Positions 39,850 to 53,234 are shown, counted from the first letter of the stretch. The stretch is 64,000 bases of DNA from Octopus sinensis (GCF_006345805.1 NC_043000.1:23560001-23624000); one strand, 5' to 3'. The notes: generated by a model from the letters alone, not told the origin. Translations and numbers: made by a program.

Positions 39850-40175
39850 AGACCTTATACTTCTGGCCCATCTCAACCCCACAATATCATTGACAAAATC
39901 ATAGTTACCATTATATAAACTCCGCAGAATCAAAGGAGAAATAGCCAAGCCACATTAAGTGTGGAACGCTTGCATCAGAAGAATATGAATGGAGGCTTGA
40001 AAACACTGCCACAACTGTGCCTGGAAAGTTGTGTGAGAAACACAAACTATGGCATGAGAAGCAGCTTGAAACCAGTGGTAGAGCCAAATGAAATGAAGCT
40101 AGTTCAGGATTTCAACATCTAATGTGATCACAAGATACCAGAAAGAAGATCTGATATTGTCGAGATAGAGAAATG
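39850..40175 (+). mobile_element. Decayed R4/Dong-like non-LTR retrotransposon fragment (zinc-knuckle and restriction-like endonuclease region)
   Basis: Across frameshifts it reads HIKCGTLASEEYEWRL...KLCEKH...PVVEPNEMKLVQDFNI*CDHKIPERRSDIVEIEK. This resembles the RLE motif V.EN...KLLWDF.IQCDH.I..RRPDIV. Confidence 0.65.
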
Positions 40176-40999
40176 ACTTTGCCAGTACCACATAAAAATC
40201 ACCCAGTACACTCTGTAAAGTGTCTTCTTCTATAGCCTCAGGCCAACCAAAGTGTCTTCTACTATAGTAGAAGTGGATGGAGAGGGGTGAGTCCCCATAC
40301 CACATATTTTTCACATAATTATTCGGGATTACCTTTGCGTTGCACCTGATCTTGTCCATTAGATATCTCTGTACCAAAGAAAAGTTATTGGCAGAATTGG
40401 TACAGCACTGGGAAAAAATACTTTGTAATATTTATTCTTGTTGTTTCCATTCTGGGTTCAAATCTCATTGAGATTGACTTTGTCTTTCATCTTTTCAGAC
40501 ATGGCTGTGTGGTAAGAAGCTTGCTTCCCAACCACATGGTTCCAGGTTCAGTCCCTTTGCATGGCACCTTGGGCAAGCGTCTTCTACTATAGCCTTCGGC
40601 TGACCAAGGCCTTGTGGGTAAATTTGGTAGATGGAAATGGAAAGAAGCCCATCATGTGTGTGTGTGTTTGTGTCTGTTTGTTCCCCATCACTGCTTGACA
40701 ACTGGTGTTGGTGTGTTTACATCCCTGTAACTTAGCAGTTCAACAAAAGAGACATATCAGATAGAATAAGTACCAGTCTTTTAAAAAATAATAAACAAAA
40801 ACTGATGTTGATTCATTTGATTAAAAGTTCTTCAACATAGTGCCCCAGCCTGGCCACAGTCTAATGACTGAAACAAGTAAAAAACAAAAATTAAGTACTA
40901 GCTAAGTACTGGGGGTCAATGATATCACCTAATCCCCTCTCTTTGTGCTCAAGTCAGAAACAATTGTTGTTGTCTTCTTCTTCCAATCAGGACTCACGC

Positions 41000-41445
41000 C
41001 ATTAGCCACAAAGAATAATCTCTAATTTGAGTCTACTCTAGGCTACTAAGAATGCGTGCAGCAACTTAAAGATCCACCCACCACACACGATAGATTGGCG
41101 GTTGCACGGGTGCGAAAGCTACATTGTTATCCTCTTTCCGTAAACGGTGGCTTTTAACGGGTACAGAGGATTCGCAATCTGGACTAGTGTCTGAAAGTTT
41201 ATCACACCATGGTGAGTTACACCATGGTTCCTCTGCTTTGTGGCAGAAGTAGGAAGAAAGAGTGAGCGAAAGTTGTGGTGAAAGAGTACAGCGGGGTTCA
41301 CCACTCCTCCCCGCCCCCGCCAGAGCCTCGTGGAGCTTAGGTGTTTTTGCTCAATAAACACTCACAATGCCCAGTCTGAGAATTGAAACTGCGTTCTTAC
41401 GACCGCGAGTCCGCTGCCCTAACCACAGGGCCATTGCGCCTCCAC
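41000..41445 (-). mobile_element. Third tRNA-derived SINE family
   Basis: The minus strand begins gtggaggcgcaatggccctgtggttagggcagcggactcgcggtcgtaag...gtttcaattctc, a tRNA-like head with A and B boxes. Confidence 0.7.
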
Positions 41446-41695
41446 TGTTGTTGTTTGCTGCCACCACTGCCATGATGATGACTATTATCAGCATTTATCA
41501 TTTAACGTCCCAAGCTAGAATGGGTTGGACTATCAGATTCATTGCGATTACTGGTTGATATGTGTTGTAGCAATGCTTTCTTTGTGAATGAGCATGATTT
41601 TTTTGGCTTTTGATTTCACCTTTACTATTCCATAATTAGGGATTCACATTACATTAAGTAACCATCATCATCGTCGTTATTTTTGCTTTCCATTT

Positions 41696-41729
<34 letters not shown>

Positions 41730-42890
41730 TTTTTTTCTCTATTTTGTGAGGGGAAGGCAGAGCCCTAACCAAAGACAGTGGTAGCTATCTTAAATCAATC
41801 AGGGAAAGGAACTGGTTTAGAAGGGGTTAGGGGCACTGTTAATGTGAAATTGGTATTATGTTAGGGTGCATGGGAGGGAAGGGTGAGTGCCACGCAGGGT
41901 GGGGGGGCGTAGTGGGGTATGTGAGGTAGCTGTACTTGGGATGAAGTACAGCTGCCATGATCTGAAAAAGTGATGAATGTAGTAAAAAGCAGAGTGCAAC
42001 ATGGCAGTTTAAGTGGTGGTGGTGGTGGTGGAGCGTAGCAGTGAAATTCTAGATAACTATATTAGTTACTACGGTGGGGGGGGGGGAATGTGTTAGAGAA
42101 GAAACTGTAACAGTTGATGTTTGTATTTATTTATTTATTTATTTATTTATGTTTGTTTGTTTTTTTTGTTTTTCATTTTCCTTAACCTAGTGTAAACACC
42201 GATGGTACACATCAAGTAGTTGATGTTATCTATTGTTTAAGTGATTTGTACTTTGTTAGTAGTATGTGGTTGGGGAAAGACCTAGCGGAAGCTTAGTGAC
42301 AAGAAATTGTTGTAGGTGACAAAGGATTTGTTGTATTTCGGTTTCATGCTTGCTACAAAAACTCGTGCAGGGTGTATGGGCCATGTTTTTGAGTGTGCAT
42401 GTACTTGTGTGTGGTGCATTTCGTTATCCTTTTCTTTTATTTGTTTCTGTTATTAGACTGTGGCCATGCTGGGGCATCACCCTGAAGAATTGTTAGTTAA
42501 ATGAATTGATCCCAGTACTTTTTTTTAATTATATATAAGCTTGGTACTTATTCTATCTGGGCTCTTTTGCCGAACTGCTAAGTTATGGGGATGCAAACAC
42601 ACCAACACTGGTTGTGAAGTAGCAGTAGGTCACACACACACACACACACGTCTTCTTTCAGGTTCTGTATACCAAATCCACTCACAAGGCTTTGGTTGGC
42701 CCAAGGCTGCAATAGAAGACACTTGCCCAAAGTGCCACATGGTAGGATTGAACCTGGTACCATGTGGTTGGAATGCAAGCTTCTTACCACACAGCCACTG
42801 CTTATTTTATTGGCATCAAATGGAAGAAAGACAAAGTCAATCTTGGCAGAATATGTTCTCAGATCGTAAAGAGCCAGAAGAAATGTGCTT

Positions 42891-43258
42891 AGGAGTAGCT
42901 GTGTGGTAAGTAGCTTTCTTACGAACCACATGGTTCCGGGTTCAGTCCCACTGCGTGGCACTTTGGGAAAGTGTCTTCTACTATAGCCTTGGGCCGACCA
43001 AAGCCTTGTGAGTGGATTTGGTAGACAGAAACTGAAAGAAGCCTGTCGTATATATGTATGTGTGTCTGTGTTTGTCCCCCAGCATTGCTTGACAACCGAT
43101 GCTTGTGTGTTTACGTTCCCGTAACTTAGCAGTTCGGCAAAAGGGACCAATAGAATAAGTACTAAGCTTACAAAGAATAAGTCCTGGGGTCGATTTGCTC
43201 GACTAAAGACAGTGCTCCAGCATGGCCACAGTCAAATGACTAAAACAAGTAAAAGAGC
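42891..43258 (+). mobile_element. tRNA-derived SINE with CORE-like domain, near full length. Other copies at about 5845-6190, 10330-10680(-), 18825-19210, 21638-21970, 39110-39490(-), 40500-40880, 42460-42790(-), 44643-45030, 47030-47190
   Basis: A-box-like tagctgtgtgg, B-box-like ggttcagtccc, CORE-like ttgggaaagtgtcttct, an internal (TG)n tract and a constant 3' end ccagcatggccacagtcaaatgactaaaacaagtaaaag. Confidence 0.8.
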
Positions 43259-44215
43259 ATTTCATCTGATATGCTAATGAGTCTGCCAGCTCAATGTCTT
43301 CAATTTTGAAATATTAATACCTGCGTTTTGTATATTACCTTTGCACTTCGTAGATGCGAGACAGTATTGAGCAATATTTCAACAGCCACCAAAGAAAAAA
43401 AACAAAACAAAATAAAACAATCTTAGTGTGTTGTTGTTTTTTTTTATCCCCAATAACTTACAATAGGAATATGTGTGAAAACTGAAAATGAAGATTAAAA
43501 AGAGAAGAAAGGGTTATTCTTTATCAGGTGTTGAATTCTGCCAAAGATGTGTTATTTTTCTTCTGTAAACATTTATTATTTCTACCTGAAAGATAACTGC
43601 TTTTGTTTTATTGAGCAAAATTGGCAAGGATTCTGCTTTCTATCTTCATTCTTTTGATTACATATGGAAAAGAAAAGATAAGAATCATGGTGGCTGTTTT
43701 GGTTAGTTATTGAGGATTGGTATCTTATAATTAGTTATAAGACCTTTCAAGGCACCAATGTATCCTCTGCCCCCTCCCCATCATCATCATCATCACCATT
43801 GTTGTTAATGTTGTTGTTTTAACCCTTTAGTATTTAGACTGGCCATACTGGCCCAAATATTTTACCTGCTTTATGTTCAAACTGGCTAGGTCAGGCCTTT
43901 CACACCTATCCAACAATGTCATTCTATTAATAAACAGTCTCATCATCAAAATCTTAAAGCTATGAGATAATGCTTGATAAATTGAAAACAATGTGGATAA
44001 ATAAGCTTTACATTTGACATCCTACACTTAGATACTCTTTCTGTTGCCTTTCCTCACTTGTTTCCAAGTCAGCTACAATTTCCTGTAGAACTTGAAACGA
44101 CTAATACCGCAATGCCCTGATATGTTTTCATGGCAGATTGCAATCAAAGATACTATCACACAGATAGGTTGCATTGTTTTTCTTTATGCAGCATGCAAAC
44201 AACATAATGACAAAA

Positions 44216-44254
<39 letters not shown>

Positions 44255-44587
44255 ATGGGTTTCCTAGTTTTCCACGCTTGCATTGATCAGATAGGATTCA
44301 TCAAGGTAGATTTTCTATGGCCAGATGCTTTTTCCTTTTGCTAGCCTTCACATGTTTCCTTAAAGATAATGTTTTCCCTCATGGTCAGATATACAGGGAT
44401 GGCCATAAGTTGCTTTACCCATTTCTAATAATTATAAAGAAACGGGTAATGCAACTTATGGCCATCCCTGTATTTTCATGGAAGATTACAAACAAACAGC
44501 ACAACTTGTATAATGGTGACACTCTTTAACAACTATCATGAAATGCCAGGAGGAGACATAAATATACACCAACACACATGCATGGTC

Positions 44588-44593
44588 GTATGT

Positions 44594-44642
<49 letters not shown>
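44588..44642. repeat. (TA)n microsatellite. Many other TA, CA and TG tracts occur, for example about 21268-21305, 21602-21629, 44218-44252, 50918-50948, 58080-58227, 60917-60965
   Basis: Read directly from the sequence. Confidence 0.95.
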
Positions 44643-44645
<3 letters not shown>

Positions 44646-47520
44646 GTGGCTGTGTGGTAAGTAGCTTGCTTACCAACCACATCGTTCCAGGTTCAGTCCC
44701 ACTGCATGGCACATTGGGCAAGTGTCTTCTACTATATCTGCGGGCTGACCAAAGCCTTATGATTGGATTTAGTAGACAGAAACTGAAAGAAGCCCATTGT
44801 GTATGTATGTTTGTGTGTGTGTGTGTGTGTGTGTGTTTGTCTGTCCTCCCTCCTCGTCACTTGACAACTGATGTTGGTGTGTTTACATCCCTGTAACTTA
44901 GCAGTTTGGCAAAAGAGACCAATAGAATAAGTACTAGGCATATAAAGAATAAGTCCTGGGGTCGACTTGTTCGATTAAAAAGGCAATGCTCCAGCATGGC
45001 CGCAGTCAAATGACTGAAACAAATAAAAGAATATATATATAGGGAGAATTTACAAAAAAAAACAAAAGACGAAGATGGGTGTGTAAATAGCAAACAGATG
45101 TATAATTTTAATGCTGAACTTCTTTCAGTTTCTGTTTGCCAAATCTACTCAACAAACCAAATCTACTCAACAAAGCTTTGATTAGCCAGGGCCTGTAGTA
45201 GAATCTGCCTAAGGTACCAAAGAATGAGACTGAACCCCAAATCAGGTGGTTGGAAAACAAACTTAACCACACAGCCATGCCTATATTCTGATAATTTAAT
45301 AACACCCTCATTTCAGCTGATTCAAATGAATGGCACACTAAAAAAGTTCTTTTTCTCCGGTTTACTTGGAGTTAGCCTGCAATTCTTCCTAAAAACCTAC
45401 ATATATATTCAATAAGGCAAGTCCTGTATATTCTGATCTAACACTATGTGAACTAGCATCCTAGCACAGCTGAAAACAAACCTACTAAACAGGCTCTCTG
45501 TAAGTAGTTTTATCTGGAGAGTAGACATCTATAAAACAAGACCAGATTTTAAAAGCCAAGACATTTATTGCCATGGGAGTATTAGTTGATCTCTTTTATG
45601 TGGCAGACTATAATATAAAGCAGCAGCCTTACTTCCTCAGCTGGGAGAAAGTATGTTAACTCTATCCCTTACACTAAACTGATTGATGTTAAAAATGGCA
45701 GGCAGTTATTTCCCTAACTTGTCAGTCTGTTTTCTCTTCTAATATATTACCTACTCATGTTTTTTAATCCCATTATTATTATTATTGTTGTTGTTGTTTC
45801 ATTTTTTTTCGTTTTTTGCATAGCTTAGCCAGAATAGGAACAGCATTAACCCATGGTTCTTTCTTAGGGTCTGCAAAACTGTTGGAAAGATAGGAGAAAG
45901 GGAGAAAGTTATTCTCAAACCCGAGACTTTTCCTTGGGTGCCTTCAGCAAGCATTCCAGCCAAGGAGGTATTAAAACCAGGCCATAAATATTTGTTACAT
46001 AGCATTACATTTTTAGGTTTAGCAGAAATTCAACTTTGATGTAATATTTCATTTGAGACATGAAGAAATCTTTTGCTAATAATTTGTGAAGATTTAATAG
46101 AATTTTCTGGATGTGGTGATTTTGATCTTGAATTGTCTTTTGATTCGTTTTTTTTTTTTAATTTACATTCATCATCATCATTGCTATTGTTTTAACATCT
46201 ACTTTTCCATGCTGGCATGAGTCAGAGGAAACTCTGAGGTAGTTTTCCTACACTTGGATGCTCTTTCTGTTGCCTTTCCTCAATTGTTTCCAAGTAAGCT
46301 ACAATTTCCTGTAGTACTTGAAACGACTAATACCTCAATGCCCTGATATGTTTTCATGGCTGATTGTAATCAAAGATACTATCACATAGATAGGTGGCGT
46401 TGTTTTTCTTTATGCAGCATGCAAGCAACATAATGACAAAATCACACACACACACACACACGATGGGTTTCCTAGTTTCCACCTGAATATGTCCCTCGTT
46501 TAAGAAACAGATTGGGTTTATTTGCATTTCTGAAGAAAAAAGATACCCTTCCCCCAACCCGTAACCCTAACTAACCCTAACCCTAAAACAGATTGAAATG
46601 CAATAGATCGATACTAGGGTTATAATTATGGGTGACAGTTTCATATGACACCACTAGAAAAAACTGCCGTTCAAACCGAAAAGATCCCCATTTCCTTTTA
46701 GAATTTCTTGATGGGAGTTTATTTCGTTCTATCCCACGGACTTCTGTTTGAAATTTTTGCTTCCTACTCTCAAAAACTGCAGACCTTATGTCTATATTCA
46801 TCATTATTACTGTTTGAGATTTTGACTACAGATCAGAGATAGACATCTCAAAGTCTCTATGAGAGAAAGCAATTGCTCTCACTTCACAATCAGATAGCCA
46901 TCTTTAGAGAAAATAATCCAAAAATGCTGAGCATTTGGGTTTGTTGGAATGAATTTTACAATGTTGACTTTCATTAGTCAGCTAGAGTTTTATTTTATCT
47001 CATGATAAAGCAATTGTTTTTAATAGGCACAGGTGTGGCTGTGTGGTGAGAAGTTTGCTTCCCAACCACATGGTTTCAGGTTCAGCCCCACTATGTGACA
47101 CCCACTTAGGCAAGTGTTTTCTATTATAACCCTGGGCCAACCAAAACCTTGTGAGTGAATTTGGTAGACGGAAACTATAAGAAGCCTGTGTGTGTGTGTG
47201 CATGTATGTATTACTCTTTCTTTGCCTGTGTTTTACTGTCTCCTTGCCTTGGCGTCATGTGATAGTTGTAAATGAATGTCACCTTCATACAATTGCTGTC
47301 CTTCATTTCCAATCTTCCATGTGACACATCTGGCCATGAGGACAATACAACACTCCTTGGAAACAGGTGAAGGTTGACAACAGAAGAGCATCAAGCATAG
47401 TTTGGATGGATGAAAGGAGCTGGCAAGTCAGAGAGCTGCACCAGAATCCAGTTGTCTGTTTTGGCATGATTTACACTGTTGAATGCCCTTCCTAATGCCA
47501 ACCACTTTACAGAGTGTACT

Positions 47521-48133
47521 GGGTGCTTTTTATGTGGCACCAGCACTGGTGCTTTTTATGGGACACCAGCACTGGTACTTTTTATGGGACACCAGCTCTG
47601 GTGCTTTTTATGTGGCACCAGCACTGGTGCTTTTTACATGGAACCAGCTCTGGTGCTTTTTATGGGACACCAGCTCTGGTACTTTTTATGTGACACCAGC
47701 ACCGGTGCTTTTTACATGGAACCAGCTCCGGTGCTTTTACAGGGAACCAGCTCCAGTGCTTTTTACATGGAACCAGCACCAGTGCTTTTTATGTGGCATC
47801 AGCACTAGTGCTTTTCATGTGGCACCAGCACCAGTGCTTTTCATGTGGCACCAGCACCAGTGCTTTTTACAGGGAAACAGCTCCGGTGTTTTTACATGGA
47901 ACCAGCACCGATGCTTTATATGTGGCACCAGCACCTGTGCTTTATATGTGGCACCAGCACCTGTGCTTTTTATGCAGTACCAGCACCTGTGCTTTTTATG
48001 TGCCACCAGCACCGGTACTTTTCATGTGGTAGCAGCATCGGTGCTTTTCATGTGGCACCAACACCGGTGCTTTTTATGTGGCACTAGCACCAGTGCTTTT
48101 TACATGGAACCAGCTCTGGTGCTTTTTACGTGG
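47521..48133. repeat. Minisatellite, about 24 units of 25-26 nt (ggtgctttttatgtggcaccagcact), derived from the RTE 3' UTR module
   Basis: Units were read directly. The array continues from a minus-strand RTE UTR at about 47400-47520. Confidence 0.95.
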
Positions 48134-50913
48134 CTTTAGTTTTAATATATTATTGAAGAATTTACTAAAATAATTTTGCTATTATTAAGCTGGTGTTTTA
48201 AACAGCATGAAAATTTGAATGAATGTTTTAGTTTAGTTTAATCACAGAACCAGGAGTAGTCTTAAGCAGGTTAATATCAAAAGGGTTGATTCAGCCTAAA
48301 TCTACTATCAGTTAAATTTTTTTTTTTTTGTAATTTCATTTCAGTAAACTAAGAAATTGAAATGAATATTGGAAAGTCAGCTCTGCTATCAAATAATCTC
48401 AGACTTTATCATTTATCTTTTGTCTCAATCTCTCCACTCATATAAAACTGAATAGCAACATAGCACAGTCATTGGGAAAAAAACTTCTTATAAATCTTAA
48501 AAGAATGACTTAGAAGTTAGGAAAAACCAAATTTGTAATCTCTTATTTTCTGGTTCAAATAAACTAATATCTTCTGAATATAGTTTTTCTTTCAATGAAA
48601 TATGTTAAAAGTGAAAGAATTTTGTATTTATCTTTGGTTGTTATAAGACTCTCTCTCTCACCCTCCCACATCCACATCCAAACCATTGTGAAGATGGATA
48701 GCTCCAAGCTGCTAACCAATTCCTTGTGAATGAATTTGGTAGATGGAAACTGCGAAGCATCTGTGTGTGTGTGCCTTTGTGTTTGTTCCTCCACAGTTTG
48801 ACAAGTGGTGTTGGTTCATTTATGTCCCTGAAACTTAGTAGTTCAGCAAAAGAGACCAAAAGAACAAATGCTTAGTAGCATTTCTTCTGACTTCAAATGT
48901 TGCCACATTATGTTCTGAGTTCAAATTCTGCCGAGGTCGACTTTGCCTGTCACCCTTTCGGGGTCAATTAAATAAGTACCACTGGGATTGATGTAATTGA
49001 CTTAATCCCCTTGTCTGTCCTTGTTTGACCCCTCTATGTTTAGCTCCCTGTGGGCAATAAAGAAATAAAAATGTCACCAAGGTCAACTTTGCCTTTCATG
49101 GTTTTGGGGTTGATAAAATAAGTAAGTACTAATTAAACGCTGGGGGTCGGTGTAATCAACTAATAGCCCCCTCCCCCAAAATTTCTGGCGTTGTGCCAAA
49201 ATTTGAAACCCAAATTGACAGATAGCTCTATTTGTGACTTAGTGTTAGAATTTATGGGAACTAGATGCATTGTAATTCTATGGATGCCCTTCCCAATGCC
49301 AACCACCTCACAGAATATGCTGGCACATAAAAAGCACCCTGCATACTCTGTGAGGTGGTTGGCATTGGGAAGGGCATCCAGCCATAGAAACCATGCCACA
49401 ACAGACAATTGGAGTTTGGACAACTCCCCAGCTGCCCAGCTTCTGTCAAACCATCCAACCAATGCCAGCATGGAAAATGGATGTTAAATGATGATGATGG
49501 TTTCACATTTTATCTCTTTATAGTCAACAGTTTTATATATCCCACCTGTATATAAACATGCCGTCTCTTTCTCTGTCATTACTCTAATGACCTCTGTTCC
49601 TTAGAGTTGGTTGACCTTCAGTCTCTTCCATTCATTGTTTCTTCTCATCAGCTTGTTGTATTCAACCTCTCCCAAGTCCTGCAATAACCACATCACTCAG
49701 CCTGTATTATTCGGAATGTTGGCTCTCTAGAATATTCTTGCTCATGTCTTTCCTGCACATGGAAAATCATTGTAGTGCTAAAGATGGCATCAACTGAATA
49801 TTTGATAATTGTACTCTACAACAAGTGGCTGTATTGCTAAGAAGCTCACTTAGCAACCATGTGGTTTTGGGTTCAATCACACTGCATGACATCTTGAACC
49901 AGTGTCTCCTACCATAGCTCTGGGCTGACCGATTACCTGTGAGTGAATTTGGTAGATGGAAACTGCGAAGCCTTTGTATGTGTGTGCCTTTGTGTTTGTC
50001 CCTCCACTGTTTGACAACTGGTGTTGGTTCATTTATATCCCTGTAATTTAGTAATTCAGCAAAAGAGATCAATTAAACAAGTACCAGACTTTAAAAAAAG
50101 AAAGTAAGTACAGGGGTCAATTTGTTCAACTAAAACCTTTAGTATTCCAGCATGGCTGTAGTCCAATGACTAAAACCAGTAAGAGAGAACTTGTATTGGG
50201 TACATTTTCTCCAATTCAATATCACCAACATACTCTATAGGTATCGAATGGTAACGGATATGCTTTTTTATGATGTGTTTTCTTTTCAAAGCATCATCCT
50301 CCAGACATCTTGAAAATATATTCTTTTCCTTATTGCCCACAGGGGTCTAAACATAGAGGGGACAGACAAAAGGATTAAGTCAGTTACATCGACCTCAGTG
50401 CTTAACTGGTACTTATTTAATTGACCCCAAAAGGATGAAAGGCAAAGTCAACCTCGGCGGAATTTGAACTCAGAACGTAACAGCAGACGAAATACTGCTA
50501 AGCATTTCGCCCGGTGTGCTAACAACTCTGCCAGCTCGCTTCCTTAATATATTGAAGTCTTGAAAATATATTGTTTTCCAAAAGACACTGATATTCTTTC
50601 TGCTCTATCCCTAGGTTTTTCCAGTAAAGATGGTAATTGTTCCATTCACCATCATGACATATTTTCCTTCTACCTATGCCAGATCGCTAATTAAATTAGA
50701 TTCTTCAGGCATTTCTAACGAATTTTAAACAATCCACAATTAGTAGGCTACTTGTTACTACTTATATCATTTGTGAAGACTAACAGAATGTCTTTTTAAA
50801 GCCAGACTGAACAGCAACCGAAGTTGTATATCACATAGCTCGCAGACTGTCTGGGTTGACTAATGCCTTATGAGTGAAACTGGTAAGCAGAAACTGAAGA
50901 AGTCTGTCATTTA

Positions 50914-50949
<36 letters not shown>

Positions 50950-51589
50950 TGAGTGAGTATTTCTCCCTGTCTTCTCACTGTAAACAAAACAACAGCTTTG
51001 CTATCAAATACAGTCTGTCTAACGCTTGCAGTCAATTGCAAAAGTATGTCTGGGCATCTTGACATCTCTTGACATGTTGTGCAATCTCTGTAAACTGGAA
51101 AAAAAGACTTATAACTATGTCCCCAGTCTATCAACAACCAATTACTTTAACTCACTCTCTGTATCTCTCTTTTACTACCCCCTCTCTCCCCCTATATATG
51201 TATATGTATATATATATTTTCTTTTGGTACTGTCCGTCGTAGTTTGATGTTGACTGTCCTTGTTCAATAATCATCTCTGATGTGGCTCACATGTGGACTA
51301 CAAGACCTGTTCTTGATCTACAGCAGCAATGACTGCTGGTAAAATTACTTGACGCAACAAAGAAGTGATGTCTTTCATGCTCTTTTGTGTTCTCATTTTT
51401 GTTTCTCCTCATTGGTGAAAATTACGAGCTTACACACACCCACACACATGCACACACACACACACACACACACAGAGTAATCCCTCAACTAACGTGGGTG
51501 TTATGTTCCAAAACGCCCACGATAGATGGAAATCCATGAAGTAGAAACAGTAATGTATATTTAAAAAAAATTATTTTTATAACTTGTAT

Positions 51590-52660
51590 CATCATCATCA
51601 TCATTTAACATCTGCTTTCCATGCTAGCATGGGTTGGACAATCTGACTGAGGACTGGTGAACCAGATGGCTGCACCAGGCTCCAATCTGATCTGGCAGAG
51701 TTTCTACAGCTGGATGCCCTTCCTAACAGCAACCACTCTAAGAGTGTAGTGGGTGCTTTTACATGCCACCAGAACGAGGGCCAGTCAGGCTGCACTGGCA
51801 ATGGCCATGCTCAAATGATGTTTTTTACATTCCACCTGCACAGGAGTCAGTCCAGCGGCACTGGCAATGACCTTGCTTGAATGTTTTGTTCATGTGCCAG
51901 TAAGGTGGTGCTGATAATGTTCACACTCAAATGGTGCTTTTTATGTGCCACCAGCACGGAAACCAGACAGCTGTTAGATGTTAGATGCTCCACTGGCACG
52001 GGTGCTAGTCAGTGAATTTGGTTCAATTTCAATTTCACTTGCCCCAGCAGGTCTTCGCAACAGAGTTTAGTGTCCAATGAAGGAAGGTTGGCATGGGTGC
52101 CAGTCGTCGAGTGTGCTTTGATTTTGATTTCACTTGCCTCAACAGGTCTTCACAAGCAGAATTTTGTGTCCAAAGAAGGAGAAGTATGCATAAGTGGGCT
52201 GGCTACACCCCTGGTAAAGGCCATGGGTTATGGTCTCACTTGTCTTGGCGGGTCTTGTCACGCACAGCATATTTCCAAAGGTCTCGGTCACTAGTCATTG
52301 CCTCGGTGAGGCCTAATGTTCGAAAGTTGTACTTCACCACCTCATCCCTGGTCTTCCTGGGTCTACCTCTTCCACAGGTTCCCTCAACCACTAGGGTGTG
52401 ACACTTTTTCACACAGCTATCCTCATCCATTCTCACCACATGACCATACCAGCGCAATTGTCTCTCTTGCGCACCACAACTGATGCTTTTTAGGTCCAAC
52501 TTTTCTCTCAAGGTACTTATACTCTGTCAAGTATGCATACTGACATTACACATCCATCAGAGCATACTGGCTTCATTCCTTGTGGGTTTACGCATGTCCT
52601 CAGCAGTCACGGCCCGTGTTTCACTGCCATGTAGCCTGGCTGTTCATACACATGTGTCAT
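51590..52660 (-). mobile_element. 5'-truncated RTE-clade LINE (family 1), ORF end plus 3' UTR
   Basis: ORF 52236-52511 (LRWYGHVVRM...GRGRPRKTRDEVV) is near-identical in protein to the 56.7-kb copy. The same UTR and a (CAT)n tail occur on the plus strand at about 51590. Confidence 0.88.
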
Positions 52661-53234
52661 GAAGTTTATAAAGGGTTTATAAATTCGTTGATGTATTAAT
52701 GTAAATTGAACCCATACAGCTGCAAAGTGAACTATAAATCTCCCACCACCACATGTGTTCATTCATTGAGGTTAATTGTGTTCATATTGTTTATTTTAAA
52801 ATTGAAAGCCACCTGACATTAAGTAGCATTTAATGTTAATAGAATATATTACAGTGACTGCTTTTTGCTTTAAAAGCTAATGTTACTTCACCATCATGCT
52901 TGTAGCAATGTAGCAATAAAAGAAACATTAAGACAATCTTTCATTGTAGAAAAATAGAAATTAACCACCAAAACAGCAACCTCAAAATTCCCCAAAGGGA
53001 ACAAAGAAAAGGACAAAATGAATGAAGCAACAAAAGAAGTGCTCAGTCTGTTGAGCTGTACCCTGCAGACATAATAGCAAAGGCATTGCCATGGGGAATG
53101 GCAATGCAGCAAAGTTAAAGGTGGAGAATGTGACAGCACATGGCACCCCAGATTAAGAACTTACCTCCTTCATATGGGGAGAGGGTTATTCCATTGGGGC
53201 ACTTACCATCCCTGTTGCTCCAGTTGTGATGGGA

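Noticed and set aside
41380-41445. tRNA gene
   Set aside because: It is the tRNA-like head of a SINE. It continues into SINE body and has no full cloverleaf.
42541-43150. 122-aa and 190-aa ORFs, and the many similar LQLDALPNANHS, WEASFLPHSH and YIYIY ORFs
   Set aside because: These are translations of SINE, LINE-UTR and microsatellite sequence recurring at many loci, not genes.
46555-46590. (TAACCC)n telomere-like units
   Set aside because: Only about three imperfect units, embedded in a dispersed repeat, so not a supported interstitial telomere.
47479-48139. Long ORFs and a CRISPR-like look of palindromic repeats
   Set aside because: The units are adjacent with no unique spacers, there are no cas genes, and the context is eukaryotic. 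The ORFs only reflect a stop-free repeat unit.
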